Assembly (NCBI RefSeq): GCF_009914755.1
Contig: NC_060927.1
Reading direction: 5' to 3' (one strand)
Source of the DNA: the human T2T-CHM13v2.0 reference genome, Homo sapiens
Length of the DNA: 64,000 nt
Each line of letters starts with the position of its first letter. The stretch's first letter is position 1. The notes beneath the pieces are model-generated. The model was not told the DNA's origin. It saw only the letters and a program-made list of their open reading frames with translations, and did no database searches. Below are positions 41,344-57,250 of the stretch, one piece after another. Both the position numbers and the translations under genes were made by a program.

Positions 41344-42182
41344 AACAATGTAAAAACTTCAAACTTCTATTTAGTTGATATTTCTTAATCTCAGCTGTCC
41401 TCCCTCCCTCTCAACCCCATCATCCCCCTAATCAAGGCTAAACTTGTGGCTCTGGTGGCTAGGAGTGGTGGGGTCTGGGTTATGGTCTGTTCTCTTACGC
41501 ACTTTTTGCTCTGCCTTCTTGGAATGATGACTCTGATTGATGTTGAGGGCAATGAGGAAGGGGATGAGATGAAAATGTTGCCTTGTATGCCTGTCCATAG
41601 TGAAGTTGCATGACTCTTCTTGGTTGGCCCTAATTGCTGACCTAGTTTGCGATTGAGTCCATGAAATCCTTGAGCATGGGTGGTGGCTCCATCAGGCCTC
41701 CTGATAACAGTCTCATCTGAAGTGGCTCCCTATGCAAGACTCTACTCCATCTTCTAGTTGATCCCTAGCTGAACACCTCCCATCCTTTGCCGTATCCTAT
41801 AGCTGTGCCTGGCACGACTATAATACAGTGTCATCTGTGTTTACAGTGTTTCCAACTCTGTTGTCTACTGGTATGTTCAGCTCTAATTTACACACATTTC
41901 AGGAGCAGGAAACTTTCCCTTTTTATACCATATCCACCCAGTGCTCTTTACCTACCTCCAGTGGTATAAGGACTTGCTAGCAAGCTCAGTGACTAAACTT
42001 ACCCCAATTAAGGTACACAATGTTCCCTCTCCTTTTCATGGAGCCTCCCTCCCTCTCCAGTGTTGGGAGAGAGGAGAAGAGCTAATCTTGAGAAATTCTT
42101 CAGTTCTGCAGCCTCCTTCTTTTTCTCTTTACTTTTACACCAATAACGTGAATGTAAGAGGTGGGAATTAGGTGGGGGGTAG

Positions 42183-42603
<421 letters not shown>

Positions 42604-43373
42604 CTTGTTACCTTTCAACATGGCCTGTGGGATGGTGGCTAGGATGTAGAACACTTAAGGCATCTGCTCTAGATTACTGGGACAGCAGAACTCTGTACCT
42701 AACATCATCTTTTTATGCTATGGTTAATGCCTTTTACTGAAAAAAGGAAAGAGTGAAAGGGAAAGTATCAGAAAGAAGTAATGAATATTTTCCTTATAGT
42801 GGCCCAAAAAATAGTAAGGAAGAGCCTATTAGACATGGAATATTTGGATCTTACTGGGAGAGACTAGTCTCTTTATTCCTGGATCCCAGCATAGTGCCTG
42901 ACACATGCTTGCTGGGTAAATATTGAAAGAAACTTCCAAATTGCCAAGGTGCTAGAAGGTAATTGTGTGATTTTGCTATACAAATACTAAATTGGAGACA
43001 GAGCAACCCTGGAAGAAACATGTTCCCAGTTTTTGTCTCCCCCAACTCTTCCTGAGCTCCAGTGTTTGTTTCCCTTGCCCTGCCCACATAAAACTGCACA
43101 ATAGAAAAATTGGAATTGTCTTTGAAGTGACCATAGTGAATAGTGGTGGTTGTCAATGCTAAATAGCTATTTTGAAATCTTGGATTTAGCTTGCTATGGC
43201 AAAATGAGTGGCATTAAAGCCCTCACTTCTAGAGCACAATGGAGTTAGGGATATATACCTAGAAATAGTGCTTCACAGCTACATTAAGTAAGAAAATTAA
43301 TGTCAGGCAGTACCACCTGTAGAAATGGACCCAGTACCTTGGGTCTCAAACTTTGGAAAACTTCATATTCATC

Positions 43374-43374
<1 letters not shown>

Positions 43375-43416
<42 letters not shown>
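43375..43416. repeat. (AC)21 microsatellite
   Basis: Read directly. Confidence 0.95.
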
Positions 43417-43419
<3 letters not shown>

Positions 43420-45240
43420 CACACATACACTTCAATAAAGAATACACGATGCCTCTGTTACTCAGGATTCAGCGCTCAGTGTTGGCAGCTAAACATCCAC
43501 TCTCATGACTACTAATACTGTTCAGGCCCCAGGGAAATGCTTTCCCACATCTCACCCAATGTTCTCAAACAAAAGATGACTGCATCTGAATGCCGTGAAG
43601 ATTTGTGGGTTGTGTTGTCTGAAACAGGCCCTGCTTTGGAGTGTGGGGAAGATTTGAGCAGCAAAAGCACTTCGGTAAGAAAAAAGACTAATTAAATTGT
43701 AAAACCTTTCTCTCAGTGTGAGTGTAGTAGTGTATTGCATAAAAAGTATTATTTTTCAGTAGAATCAAGCCTCCATTTCCTTGCTTCTCTTCATGGTTCC
43801 AGAGGTACCTGGGAATTAGCGTTCTCTTTGCAGTAGTTGCACATGGTGACTGGAGAACATTTGGCAGTATTGAACAACTACTGATCCCCAAGTCACTGTC
43901 CGTCAACAAAACATGCAGATGTGTACAATAACACTTCAGTCATCTTTGATATTTTGCTGACTTTTAGTTAGATAAAAGCTATAACTTTACACACATTTAA
44001 AAAAAAACATTATAAAGTCTTTTTCAAGGTAGGAGAATAGAATACATTTATGTTTTCTAGACTCATATATAACTTAAGATATGTAGGTTTTTATTTGTAC
44101 TTTTCTTCCAAGCCCTACAAATATTAGGGTTGGACCTAATGTAAAATATTAGGTCAGAGTAGTGGCCTCATAAAAGTAAGTTTCCTTTCTCTTGCCTAAA
44201 TATTCGTCTGTCACCATGAAAGAATAGCTGTATCTCTGAACTTTATTTTATGGGGGTGGAATTATAGGACAATGGCTAAGATTTTGCCAGTGTTAAGTAG
44301 CCTGGTCTTTTCCCATGAAACTCAAGACTAATTTCTACAGGAGAAAATGGACTATGATCCCTTTGTTTTCACTAAAACTGCATGTTCATGAGGATCAATA
44401 ACAGGCCAGATTTGGAGCTTGTTTCTTTGTATTTAAATATATTCTTTTCCCAGCATAAATACAAGCTTACTTGGTTGGCAAAATATGCATTTTGTCTCAC
44501 GATTTAAGGATCATTTTTGTCCTTAACAATGACAGCAGTAAAAATTATAATATTAACTGACTATGGAGAAGCACTTTACAATGTTCAATGTGCTTATATA
44601 TATTTTACCACCTGTTAATACATTAAGAAAGAAAACTGTGGCTTCTGACATTCTGATAGATCTAGTTGCAAAGTTAATGGCAATATGCAAGGGTTTTTAC
44701 CTCTATTTATTTCTATATTCTATTAACAAACTGAGGCTAGACATTAATTTCCAACTGGCTTATGCATTTCAGAACATTTTAAATTTTGTTTTCTTTTCAT
44801 GGAAATGAAAATATAACTATAGTTTTCAGAGAATGTTTATGCTGCAATGGTTTATTTTTCATTCTGGCAAATCAATAGCTAACTCTCTAGGGAAAGCATA
44901 ATTTGGCAGTTAGGTTGTTTGACCTTTCATTTTTCAGAAGTCTTTGAGGCATTGCATTTGTTGTTCATGATGGTATGTTTGGAGTTTGTATCCATCTATA
45001 TAAAGAGACACAATAAGAATACAAGTATCAGGCAAGGAGCTGAGAAATCTAGGTTCTTGGCTTCACTTTTCCTAATCTTTCTGAGCTTCAGCTCATCTGT
45101 CTAATCACATTAAGATGTTTGCCCGCCTATGTAACATAACTATTGTGAAGAACAGACTGGATGATGGATGTGAAAGTGCTTTGAAAACCGATCACTATGG
45201 CAAATAAATGGTATCAGAAGTAAATGATACTATTATAGAC

Positions 45241-45330
45241 TAGGATGGGCACATTAAGCCCTGAGGGCCAAATCCAGCTTGCTACTTGTTTTTGTAAGTA
45301 AGATTTTATGGGAACACACCACAGCTATTT
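45241..45330 (+). mobile_element. MER58A left part, split by L1
   Basis: gggccaaatccagcttgctacttgtttttgtaagtaagattttatgggaacac. Confidence 0.75.
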
Positions 45331-48580
<3,250 letters not shown>

Positions 48581-48689
48581 TTAGAGACCACAGACTATTT
48601 GTTTGGAATTCTCAGATGTGGGGAATAAATAGCATCTAATCTAAAATTTTAGGAGGAAGCTGTAGTTCCTCTTCAAGTGATGAATGAAT

Positions 48690-49520
48690 GCTTTTAAAAA
48701 AATTAATAACAATGGCTAGTAAAGAAATAATGATAGAATTAGAAAATATCAATTTTTATAGACTTTTTGAAATAACTGATGGAAGCCAAGGATTGTCAAC
48801 GAATATTAAAACTTTTGTATAAGGTGTTGTTTGGGGAAAAATATGCTTATACTGTGTTGAAAACATGATGCCACAGGTTACTTACTAATTGTAAAAGGAA
48901 AAACAAAACCTTCTGTAGGGGAGAGATCTGGTGGTCACTACCTTAGCCATTTGATCAGGCTCTTTATCAGTAAAATTGAGACAGACAGATGTGGTGTGCC
49001 TTCTAACAATACACAAAGTTTTGAAAAACCATTATCTATTAACTATTCTTGTCAAAATGTGTAAGGTAGACTTAATTTCTAGTTTATAGGAAATACTGAG
49101 AATATAGGACTCAGTTAAATGACACCAAAATGAAACAGACAAATCAAAAACTGAAACCATGGAAGAGCATTTCTAGATTGTTGGCGCTATGACAGCCAAA
49201 TGTCACGTGGGAACCTCAATTGGGTTCACTGTAGAAAAAGGAAAGCTATAGAGTCTTATGGGCCAGCTGGGACTTTGAATATGGACTAGATATTGAATAT
49301 TGTTATATTAGAGAACAATTATTAATTATGTCTTGTTAATAAGATAATGATATTGTGGTTATACGGTGGACAGTGTGTGAAGTTTTTTGAGTTACTTTCA
49401 AATGCTTGAGACAAACACACACACAAACACATACAAAACATGGCAAAAGAATATATGAGAGTTCATTGTACTAGTCTTTTAACTTTTTTACTTTTGAGCA
49501 TTCCCAAAATAAAAAATGGA
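48690..49520 (+). mobile_element. Ancient L1ME 3' fragment
   Basis: agatctggtggtcactaccttagcc; tttgaatatggactagatatt; gttcattgtactagtctttt. Confidence 0.65.
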
Positions 49521-49639
49521 GAATCAAATTCAATAAGCAATTATTGCCGGTGAAATAAAGAACCCAGGAAATTGACATCTAGTAGAAGGAAGATCTGGGT
49601 TTCTTTGCCATTTGGTTAATAATGGTGAGCAGTAGTGTT

Positions 49640-49962
49640 GTCTCTGGTGTGCTTTATCCAGCCACTCAAGTGAAAAAATCAGAGATAAAACATTCTCTTT
49701 TCATGATTTTTTCCCTGCAGATGTTCATTCCTGATGGTAATTCATCTTACAGCCAGGGAACCCACCAAAGCAATATTTTTCCCTTATAAAATTTCATCTT
49801 ACTAGTTGTCACCCATCATCCCAGGCTGTTGAAATCTTTAGAATTTTGATTGGCCTATTCAATCTGTTAGTTATCTTTCTCAGTCTTGTGACATCTGAAT
49901 GGTTGATGAGCTCACTTTCTATGTCTTCATCCAAGTAGATAATGAAGATATGGAATAGCACC
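49640..49962 (-). mobile_element. L3/CR1 fragment
   Basis: ttctatgtcttcatccaagtagataatgaagatatggaatag is typical of antisense L3. Confidence 0.55.
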
Positions 49963-50000
49963 TCCTTCCTGCTCCCTCATAGCTGAAGACAAAGCCTCAC

Positions 50001-50060
50001 AGCATTCTAGTGCCTGCTCCCTGCCTGCAGTGGGGAGGCGGGGAGCAGGCACTAGATGCT
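50001..50060. repeat. Near-perfect 25-bp inverted repeat with a 9-nt loop
   Basis: AGCAT(T)CTAGTGCCTGCTCCCTGCCT-gcagtgggg-AGGCGGGGAGCAGGCACTAGATGCT. Confidence 0.9.
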
Positions 50061-50842
50061 CAGCAGCCCAGATTGGGCCCCGTGCTTCAACTAGCTACAA
50101 ACATAGCCTGCCATCTCTGACCCAGGACCCTTTCTGCACTAGCCCCTTCAGATCCTCTTGGCCTCAGCACTTTTTCCACCTGCTGCTGCTTCTGCTGCAA
50201 CTTTCCCAGCATGAGCTTTTATTGGCTCCATTCAGGCACATCCTGATCATGAGGGGCCTCTCACCTTGTGTCCTGAGACATTCCTATTAACATCAAGGCA
50301 AGAGATACCCTGAGGAGGACCACAATCCTATCGAAGCGTGTTCACCCTGGAAATGTGAGGGTCTCCAGCCCTATAGGGCAAATCTTTGAGCAAAGGGAGA
50401 CTGAAGTCTGAAGATACATTCATTGCCCTTTCTCCCTCTAGGCAGACCCCTGAGCTGACTCATGAATGTCAGGAACACATATTACATAATAAGATCAACT
50501 GTTCTAAATTTAAATTAATTTGGTCATATGTAAATTATACAAAATCCAAATGTCTTTAGAAACAATACTTTCCTGGTGATATTTTTTGCTGTTCTGAAGA
50601 GCAACAAATACTTATTCTAAGTCAGTGGCTCGTGATTAATTATATCTGTACAAAAGTGTTTTGCATGTTTTTCTTGCTCCTGCCATTGATTGTTTTACTT
50701 TGTATATACTTCCTTTTATTCTTTATGTCTGTCATTTTAAATATTTCTAGAAGTTAAGAAATGCGATTAACTGGCTTATATATTGTTGGTTATAAATTAT
50801 TTTAAAACATCATTATTTCATATATATATAGCTGAACCATTC

Positions 50843-50998
50843 TTATTTATTTATTTAAGAGACAGGGTCTCGTTCTGTCACCCAGGCTGGAGTGCAGTGC
50901 GTGATTGTAGCTTACTATATAACCTCAAACTCCTGGCCTCAATCAATCTGCCTGCCTCAGACTCATTGGGATTACTGGTGTGAGCCACCTTGCCCAGG
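50843..50998 (-). mobile_element. Alu monomer (FRAM-like)
   Basis: gagacagggtctcgttctgtcacccaggctggagtgcagtg...gtgagccacc; ACCATT on both flanks. Confidence 0.8.
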
Positions 50999-51049
50999 AC
51001 CATTTGTTTTTGGTGTAGAATTATGACTCGCCAATGGCTCATTGGGAAG

Positions 51050-51295
51050 CAGTATGGGGCAGTGGTCTTGAGCACACATTTTAAAATAAGATTTTTGGGG
51101 CTCACATCCATTCTGTGCCATTAACTGTCTTATTTTGGCAATTTACTGTATTTAATTGCTGTGCCTCAGTTTCCTCATCTGTATAATGAGCATGATACTA
51201 TTAGTATTTTTTTATAGGCTATTGTGAAGATTGAGTTAAATATGTATAAAGCAATTATGAAAGCACTTGGTATTAATAAATAGTAAATGTGAGCT
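51050..51295 (+). mobile_element. MIR SINE
   Basis: ctgtgcctcagtttcctcatctgtataatg core. Confidence 0.8.
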
Positions 51296-51852
51296 GATAT
51301 TATCATATGATGGTTATTACTACAATTATTATTACCTCTACTATCATTAAAATTATTTTTTTCTAGAAATTATCATCCCTTTAGCCATAGGATATACCTA
51401 TAACTAAGATGTAAGCAAAAGTAGTCTCCTGAGCAGCTAAAATAAACGCCATAAAATTATGTCACTAAATACAAGATCTTTACCTAGATCTTCATTCAGA
51501 GCATATTTACTCTTATGCTGCATTCAATGCTAGTAAGTTTTTAATCTATTTTTCTGGATCATAGTTAATTGGAAGCATCTTATTAGAAAGCAGGAGAATA
51601 GGGCTGTTCTTTCTAAGGTATCCTTAGGGAAAGCTTTGTGGTGACAATTAACTATAAAATAGGAGACAATACAGGAGAAAATCACAAGACCCTGTAAAGC
51701 ATGATGACCATGAGTATTAATTCATCTGACAAATATTTATGAACACTTTGTGCCAGGCCTTGTCCTGGACCAAGAAAATGCAAAGGTGAATGTAATTGAT
51801 AAGGCCTTGACAGGAGACTGTGTTCCATGGCAGGGGTTGGAGGAAGTAAATA

Positions 51853-52443
51853 CAGTCATCCCTCAGTATCTGTGGGGAACTGATTCCAAGTCCCCTCCTG
51901 CAGGTATCGAAATCCAAGAATGCTCAAGTCCTTTATATAAATGGTTTAGTATTTGCATATAATTTAGGCACATCCTCTGTATAGTTAAATTATCTCTAGA
52001 TTATGTATAATGCCTAATATAATGTAAATACTATGTAAATAGTTGTTATACTGTATTTTTAAAATTCGTATTCACTTTGGGAGGCTGACGTGGGCAAATC
52101 ACTTGAACCCAGGAGTTTGAGACCAGTCTGAGCAACATGTCAACACCCCCTCTCTACAAAAAATACAAAAATTAGCCTGGCGTGATAATGCATGCCTGTA
52201 GTCCCAGATACTTAGTGGGCTGAGGTGGGCTTGAGCCCGGGAGGTTGAGGCTGCAGTGAGCTGTGATCAGCACCACTGCACTCCAGCCTGGGAGACAGAG
52301 TGAGACCATCTCTCAAAAACAATTTTTGGTAACATTTTCATTTTTACATTGTTTTTGTTTGTTATTTGTTTTTTTCTAAATATTTTTGATGCTCAGTTGG
52401 TTGAATCTGCAGATGCAGACTCCACGGATATGGGGACTGGCTG
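51853..52443. mobile_element. MER2 (Tigger family), interrupted by an Alu
   Basis: cagtcatccctcagtatctgtgggg...atgctcaagtcctttatataaatgg...ttggttgaatctgcagatgcag. Confidence 0.85.
52074..52321 (+). mobile_element. AluJ, 5'-truncated, nested in MER2
   Basis: cttgagcccgggaggttgaggctgcagtgagctgtgatc (J-type). Confidence 0.88.
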
Positions 52444-52843
52444 TGCAACTAAAGAATGCAGTGCATAGGGTCACATGGTAGAAAGCAACTGAGATGGCAG
52501 TGGGAGTACTTTGAAAAAGACTGGGGTGAAACCCGAAGTATGAAATGAAAACAGCCTTGTCAACAGCTCAGGGACGAATATTCCATGTAGAGGAATAAGC
52601 AAGTGTGAAGGCCATAAAGTATGAAAGAGTTCAGTGGATTCAAACTATAGAAAGAAGGCCAGAGAAGATGGAATGTGACTAGCCCAGGGCAAGATGGTGG
52701 ATGACATGAGCTAATATTGGAGAGCTAGGAAGGGGTAAGCTCACAACTGGCTTTAAAGATGGTAGTAAGGATATGGAATTCTATGATATAGACTCCACTG
52801 ATAGGTTACAAGCAGGATAGCGATGTGATGTAATACAGTCATA

Positions 52844-53194
52844 CAGTCACATGCTGCCCAATTATGTTTTAGTTGATGAAGGACTACATATACAATGGTG
52901 ATGCCATAAGATTATAATACCATACTTTTACTCTACCTTTTCTATGTTTAGATATGCTTAGATACACAGATACTTACCCTTGTGTTACAGTTGCCTACAG
53001 TATTCAGTGCAGTAACAACATGCTATCTAGCTTTGTATCCTAGGAGCAGTAGGCTATCCATACGGCCTCCGTGTGTAGTAGGCTGTACCAACTAGCTTTG
53101 TGTAAGTATACTCTGTGATGGTCACACAGTGACGAAATTGCCTATTGATGCATTCCTCAGAATGTATCCCCATCATTAAGGGATACATGATAGT
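52844..53194 (+). mobile_element. Tigger3a MITE
   Basis: ccataagattataataccat...taggagcagtaggctat...cattcctcagaatgtatcccc. Confidence 0.85.
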
Positions 53195-53206
53195 GTGTGT
53201 GTGTCT

Positions 53207-53225
53207 GTCTATCTATCTGTCTGTG

Positions 53226-53279
<54 letters not shown>

Positions 53280-53287
53280 CCTATCTA
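53207..53287. repeat. Compound (TCTA)n tetranucleotide STR
   Basis: About 13 uninterrupted TCTA units plus degenerate flanks. Confidence 0.93.
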
Positions 53288-53297
53288 GATACAGATA

Positions 53298-53901
53298 TAG
53301 CAGGTCCTCGTTTCATTCAGCGTCCTCTCATTATAACATTCATGAGGAAAAAAAGTTGAATCCCAGCTTGGGTCGCTGTCTGTGTGGAGTTTGCACGTTC
53401 TCTCCATGTCTGTGTGGGTTTTCTCTGAGTATTCTGGTTTCTTCTCACATCCCAAAGATGTGCACATTAGGTGAATTGGCATGTCTACATGGTCCCAGTG
53501 TGAGTGTGTGTAAGTGCGTATATATATGTATGAGTGTGCCCTGTGTTGGAATGAGATCCTTCTAGGGCTGGTTCCTGCCTTGTGCCCTGAGCTTCCAGGA
53601 TAGTTTCTGGCCACCTATGACCCTGTAATAGAATAATTAGGTAAATGATTATCATAGTTGTTTCTATTAATCTTTTAAAAATGTATGTATAATTCACATT
53701 TATTTCAGTGTTTCAATATTAAAAGTGTTTAGGTTTTTATTTAGAAGTTTAGTGACATTTTGGTGATCAAAAGTATGCCATGGGAAGTTAACATTTGTTT
53801 ATATCAATTATCTTATGGTAAAATTGGTTTCATTATGCCTCGTTTCACTTCAAGTTGCAGTTTCCAAGAACCTATCAATGATGTTAAGTGAACAGTTACT
53901 G
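53298..53901. mobile_element. MER6A-like Tigger element
   Basis: gtctgtgtggagtttgcacgttctctccatgtctgtgtgggttttc core; end ttccaagaacctatcaatgatgttaagtga. Confidence 0.75.
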
Positions 53902-53904
53902 TAT

Positions 53905-54310
53905 AATATAGATGATGATTGTCACTGCTAAACAGAATGGATTGGGAAAGGGTGAGATTGAAAACAGAAAAATTACTTAGGAGACTTTTGAAGCAGTTTA
54001 GTTGAGAGTTGATGGAAGGTTGAATTAAGATACTGGTGGTAGAGAAAGAAGTTCTTATGTTTGAGACATATTTTAGGGATGGACTTGACAGGATTTCTGA
54101 AGAATTGAGAAAGTGCAGGAGGAGAGGGATAAGCAAAGGTAGGAGTCAGAATCAGAGGTGACTGCTTTTCCTTCATTTGAACATCTGGATGATAATGGTG
54201 CCATTTCCTGCGATGAAGAGGCACAGAATAGACTGAGGGCATGGTGTTTTGTTTGGATGGTTATTTAGTAGACAGCCAAGTAGAGCAGCTGGACAGGCAT
54301 TTAACTGTGC
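53905..54310 (-). mobile_element. L2 fragment, continuing the L2 at ~52450-52830
   Basis: tgagacatattttagggatggacttgacaggattt; aggagtcagaatc; tagacagccaagtagag. Confidence 0.65.
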
Positions 54311-55738
54311 ATTTGTATGGAAGGAGAATAAAGGATGGATGTCTTGTATATCTCAAGAACCTCTGAGGGTTGATACACAAGGGAGCATAGGAATATAATG
54401 AGGCTGTAAGCTTTTTGAGATAAATATTGGTGAAGGTTGATATTGATGTGTTAATTTTGAAAACATCAAATACCTAACTAGGCAACAGTTGATTTTAATA
54501 TTTATAAAGGCCTATTAAAGTTCTCCCTAAGTGAGATAGGCCTCTTTTATTAAGAAGCTAGGGGAAAAAATTCAGTTTTTTTTTTCATATGAGCACTGCA
54601 GTTTACTCAAGCCTCCCTCATATTTACTAAAAACGTCTTTCCAGGAGCCCCTAAGCAAGTCCTTTTGCATTTGTGCCTCCTGGGTTTCCTTTCTGAAGAA
54701 CAGAGGTAAATGAACTCGATGATCTCTGAAGATACACTAGATGTTAATTTTGTTTGTTTGTTTTAGAATTCTGGGTCTCAGGGCCTCCTTTAGTTAAAAC
54801 AGCCACTCTTAAAAAGGACTCAGAATGACTGAAACATTTAAGGGATGGCAAAGCTCTGAGTTTTATTATGTACACTTACCAAGGTGGGTAAACGTTGGAA
54901 TGCCAAGGTCATTTGGCCCCTGGCCAGGGAGACTGAGTTCCATGTTGGAGTGGGGAGGGTAGAGATGCATCTCCCTTCATAGAAAAGCAGCAGGGCCCTT
55001 CTCAGCTACGTTCATTAGCAAAACTGCTTCAGAGCCCTCTCTCAATCTGTGAAATCTTTGATCTTAAAAAGAGGTTTTGTCTTTTTTATTTTTTTAATTT
55101 AAACTTTATATGATGTTAGCTTCTTAACAAGCAAATTCTGCCTTCCTTCTCCCATAACCACCTTTGTAGAACTGCACACTGATTTATTTTGCTGGCGAGT
55201 ACAGTGATTTTATTATCTTTCACCATGCGTAGGATGGCTCCATGGCAGTTTTGTTCAAGCCCTTTGGTGGGAGAGCCTGCCGAATTTGTAAAGGTGTCAT
55301 TATTTATTCTTTTAATATTCTCAAACAGCAGCAGTTATGTTGCTTGCTTGAAATAAAGGCATTAAATACAAGACCGTGAGAGATTGCCATAGGATATCTG
55401 TAGCAGGAAGTATTTGCTATTTTCAACATCAATTTCTTGACCACTTGAATCATATCTTAACCTTTTGCCAAATATTGACTATTCCTGTCAGATTGGGGCA
55501 TATTGCCTTTTGTTGAAAACTAGTTGAACAGATCATGTCAGAAATGAAGGAAGAATGAAGTTTGCATGATTAAAATAAATCCTAAGATCTTTGTTCAAGT
55601 TCCAAAACACTGGAGAAGGGGAGATGAGTTGAAGTTCTTTGGCTCTGGCCAGCAGGGACAAATATCTTCCTGTAACTAGACTGTTAGGCTGAGAATTGTG
55701 GCCTCATTAAAATAAATAGCAGAGACTTGAGAAACTTT

Positions 55739-55790
55739 GGGGAAACTATAGACTGATGTTTCTCGGGGAAACTATATAGTGATGTTTCTC
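55739..55790 (+). repeat. 26-bp tandem duplication (24/26 identical)
   Basis: GGGGAAACTATAGACTGATGTTTCTC / GGGGAAACTATATAGTGATGTTTCTC. Confidence 0.9.
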
Positions 55791-55989
55791 TGGGAATTGT
55801 TTCCGGGGAAGATTGGGGTGATAGGCCTATTGCAGGTTGCTTGGTCTGTACTTTCTGAATCCTACCCATTCTTCTTCTTTTACTGTTTGTATACTCCCAA
55901 ACAAGGCTGCCTCCATTTTTCTTTTTTGTGTAAAATAAATGGTTAATCTTCTGCTTTTAGTGTCTGCGTCCTTGTATATCTTTTAGATG

Positions 55990-56345
55990 GAGAGAGACAG
56001 TGCGTCTGGGCTTTTATACTGTCTCCACTACTTACAAGTATGTCTTTTTCTAAGTTCAGTTTTCTTGCTTATAAAATGGATTTGATTTCTACCTCAATGT
56101 GGGGATTAAATACAAATAGGAGACAACAAGGATTGAAAAGTGTGTGGGCTTTTGAGTGCATCCTGGTTTTGAGTCTTATTGGCAGTGTCATTCTGGCAAG
56201 TTATTTTACCTTTCTAGGCCTCAGTTTCTCCACATGTATAATTGAGATAATGTCTGTGTTGCAGGGTGGTTGTAAATGAGACATAGAAAATACTTAGCTC
56301 AGTGCTAACTGAAACAGGCACAATAGGGAGTAGCTGCTATCATTA
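55990..56345 (+). mobile_element. Two tandem MIR fragments
   Basis: aagttcagttttcttgcttataaaatgg; ggcctcagtttctccacatgtataattg. Confidence 0.65.
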
Positions 56346-57039
56346 CAACATTTTATATACATACCATGGAACTGGACTCTAAAATAGTTTAAGATATTTC
56401 AAAATTCAATATAAATTGGGCTGGCCCTGAGCCTGTATAGACACACATATATAGTTAGCATCGTATCATGTCCTGGTCTTGTAATGCGGTTTTATGGCAT
56501 TGACTTTAAAGGAAAGCATTGCAGCAGACCCAAGAACCTGAAGCCATGAGTCTTGCCTCATACAGAAGCATCAAGTACCAGGAACTTCTGCTACAGGGAC
56601 ATCTTGGTGGAATTTAGTGTTTTGTAGTCATCAGTTGTCAGAGAAGATATGATTCAATGGAGTCCTAGTATCAGAACTTCCACAGCCAGTGTCAGTTGGG
56701 TATCATCAGCCTTGGGTATTTTTTTAGGGCCATCTTTCATATGTGAGAGGGTAGTTACAGATGGTCCATAGTATTAGTCTCGAGGTCTTAGAATTTTCCC
56801 ATCATGGAGGCATAGGGTGTGGATTCACTGGCTGGTCCCTGGTTTGTACCTGGTTTTCCAATAGAGAAGCAATTACTCATGTGGGCTCTGATAGCAGGAT
56901 GCTGATTGACGTTATATAAAAGAAGGGTTCAGTTGACAAAGATATCTGGAAAATGAAAGGAATGTATCTTAGAGTACACAGCTAGACATGAGTACTAGCT
57001 CCAGATATTCTATCTATTACCCTTTGCAGTGTGTTAATA

Positions 57040-57250
57040 ATATTAGAACATTTTATTAAACTCCCACCAGATGCCTAGCACTATGCTTGGCATTTTATAC
57101 ATGTTATCTCTAATCCTTCCCAAGCCCTTCAGAATCCTTTGCTGTACCTCGATGCTGCAGTTGCTAAAACCAAAGCTCAGATTACATGGCTTCATCATGC
57201 CCACAAAACTAGGGGAAGATCTGGGCTTCACACCCAAGTCACACTATTGC
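57040..57250 (-). mobile_element. MIR SINE
   Basis: aaaaccaaagctcagattacatggctt; ctgggcttcacacccaagtc. Confidence 0.6.

Noticed and set aside
49700-49742. 16-nt microexon after TTTTTTCCCTGCAG
   Set aside because: The donor (ATG|GTAATT) is weak and the site sits in L3-like repeat sequence.
55739-55810. CRISPR-like array
   Set aside because: Only two adjacent units with no spacers, in human DNA.
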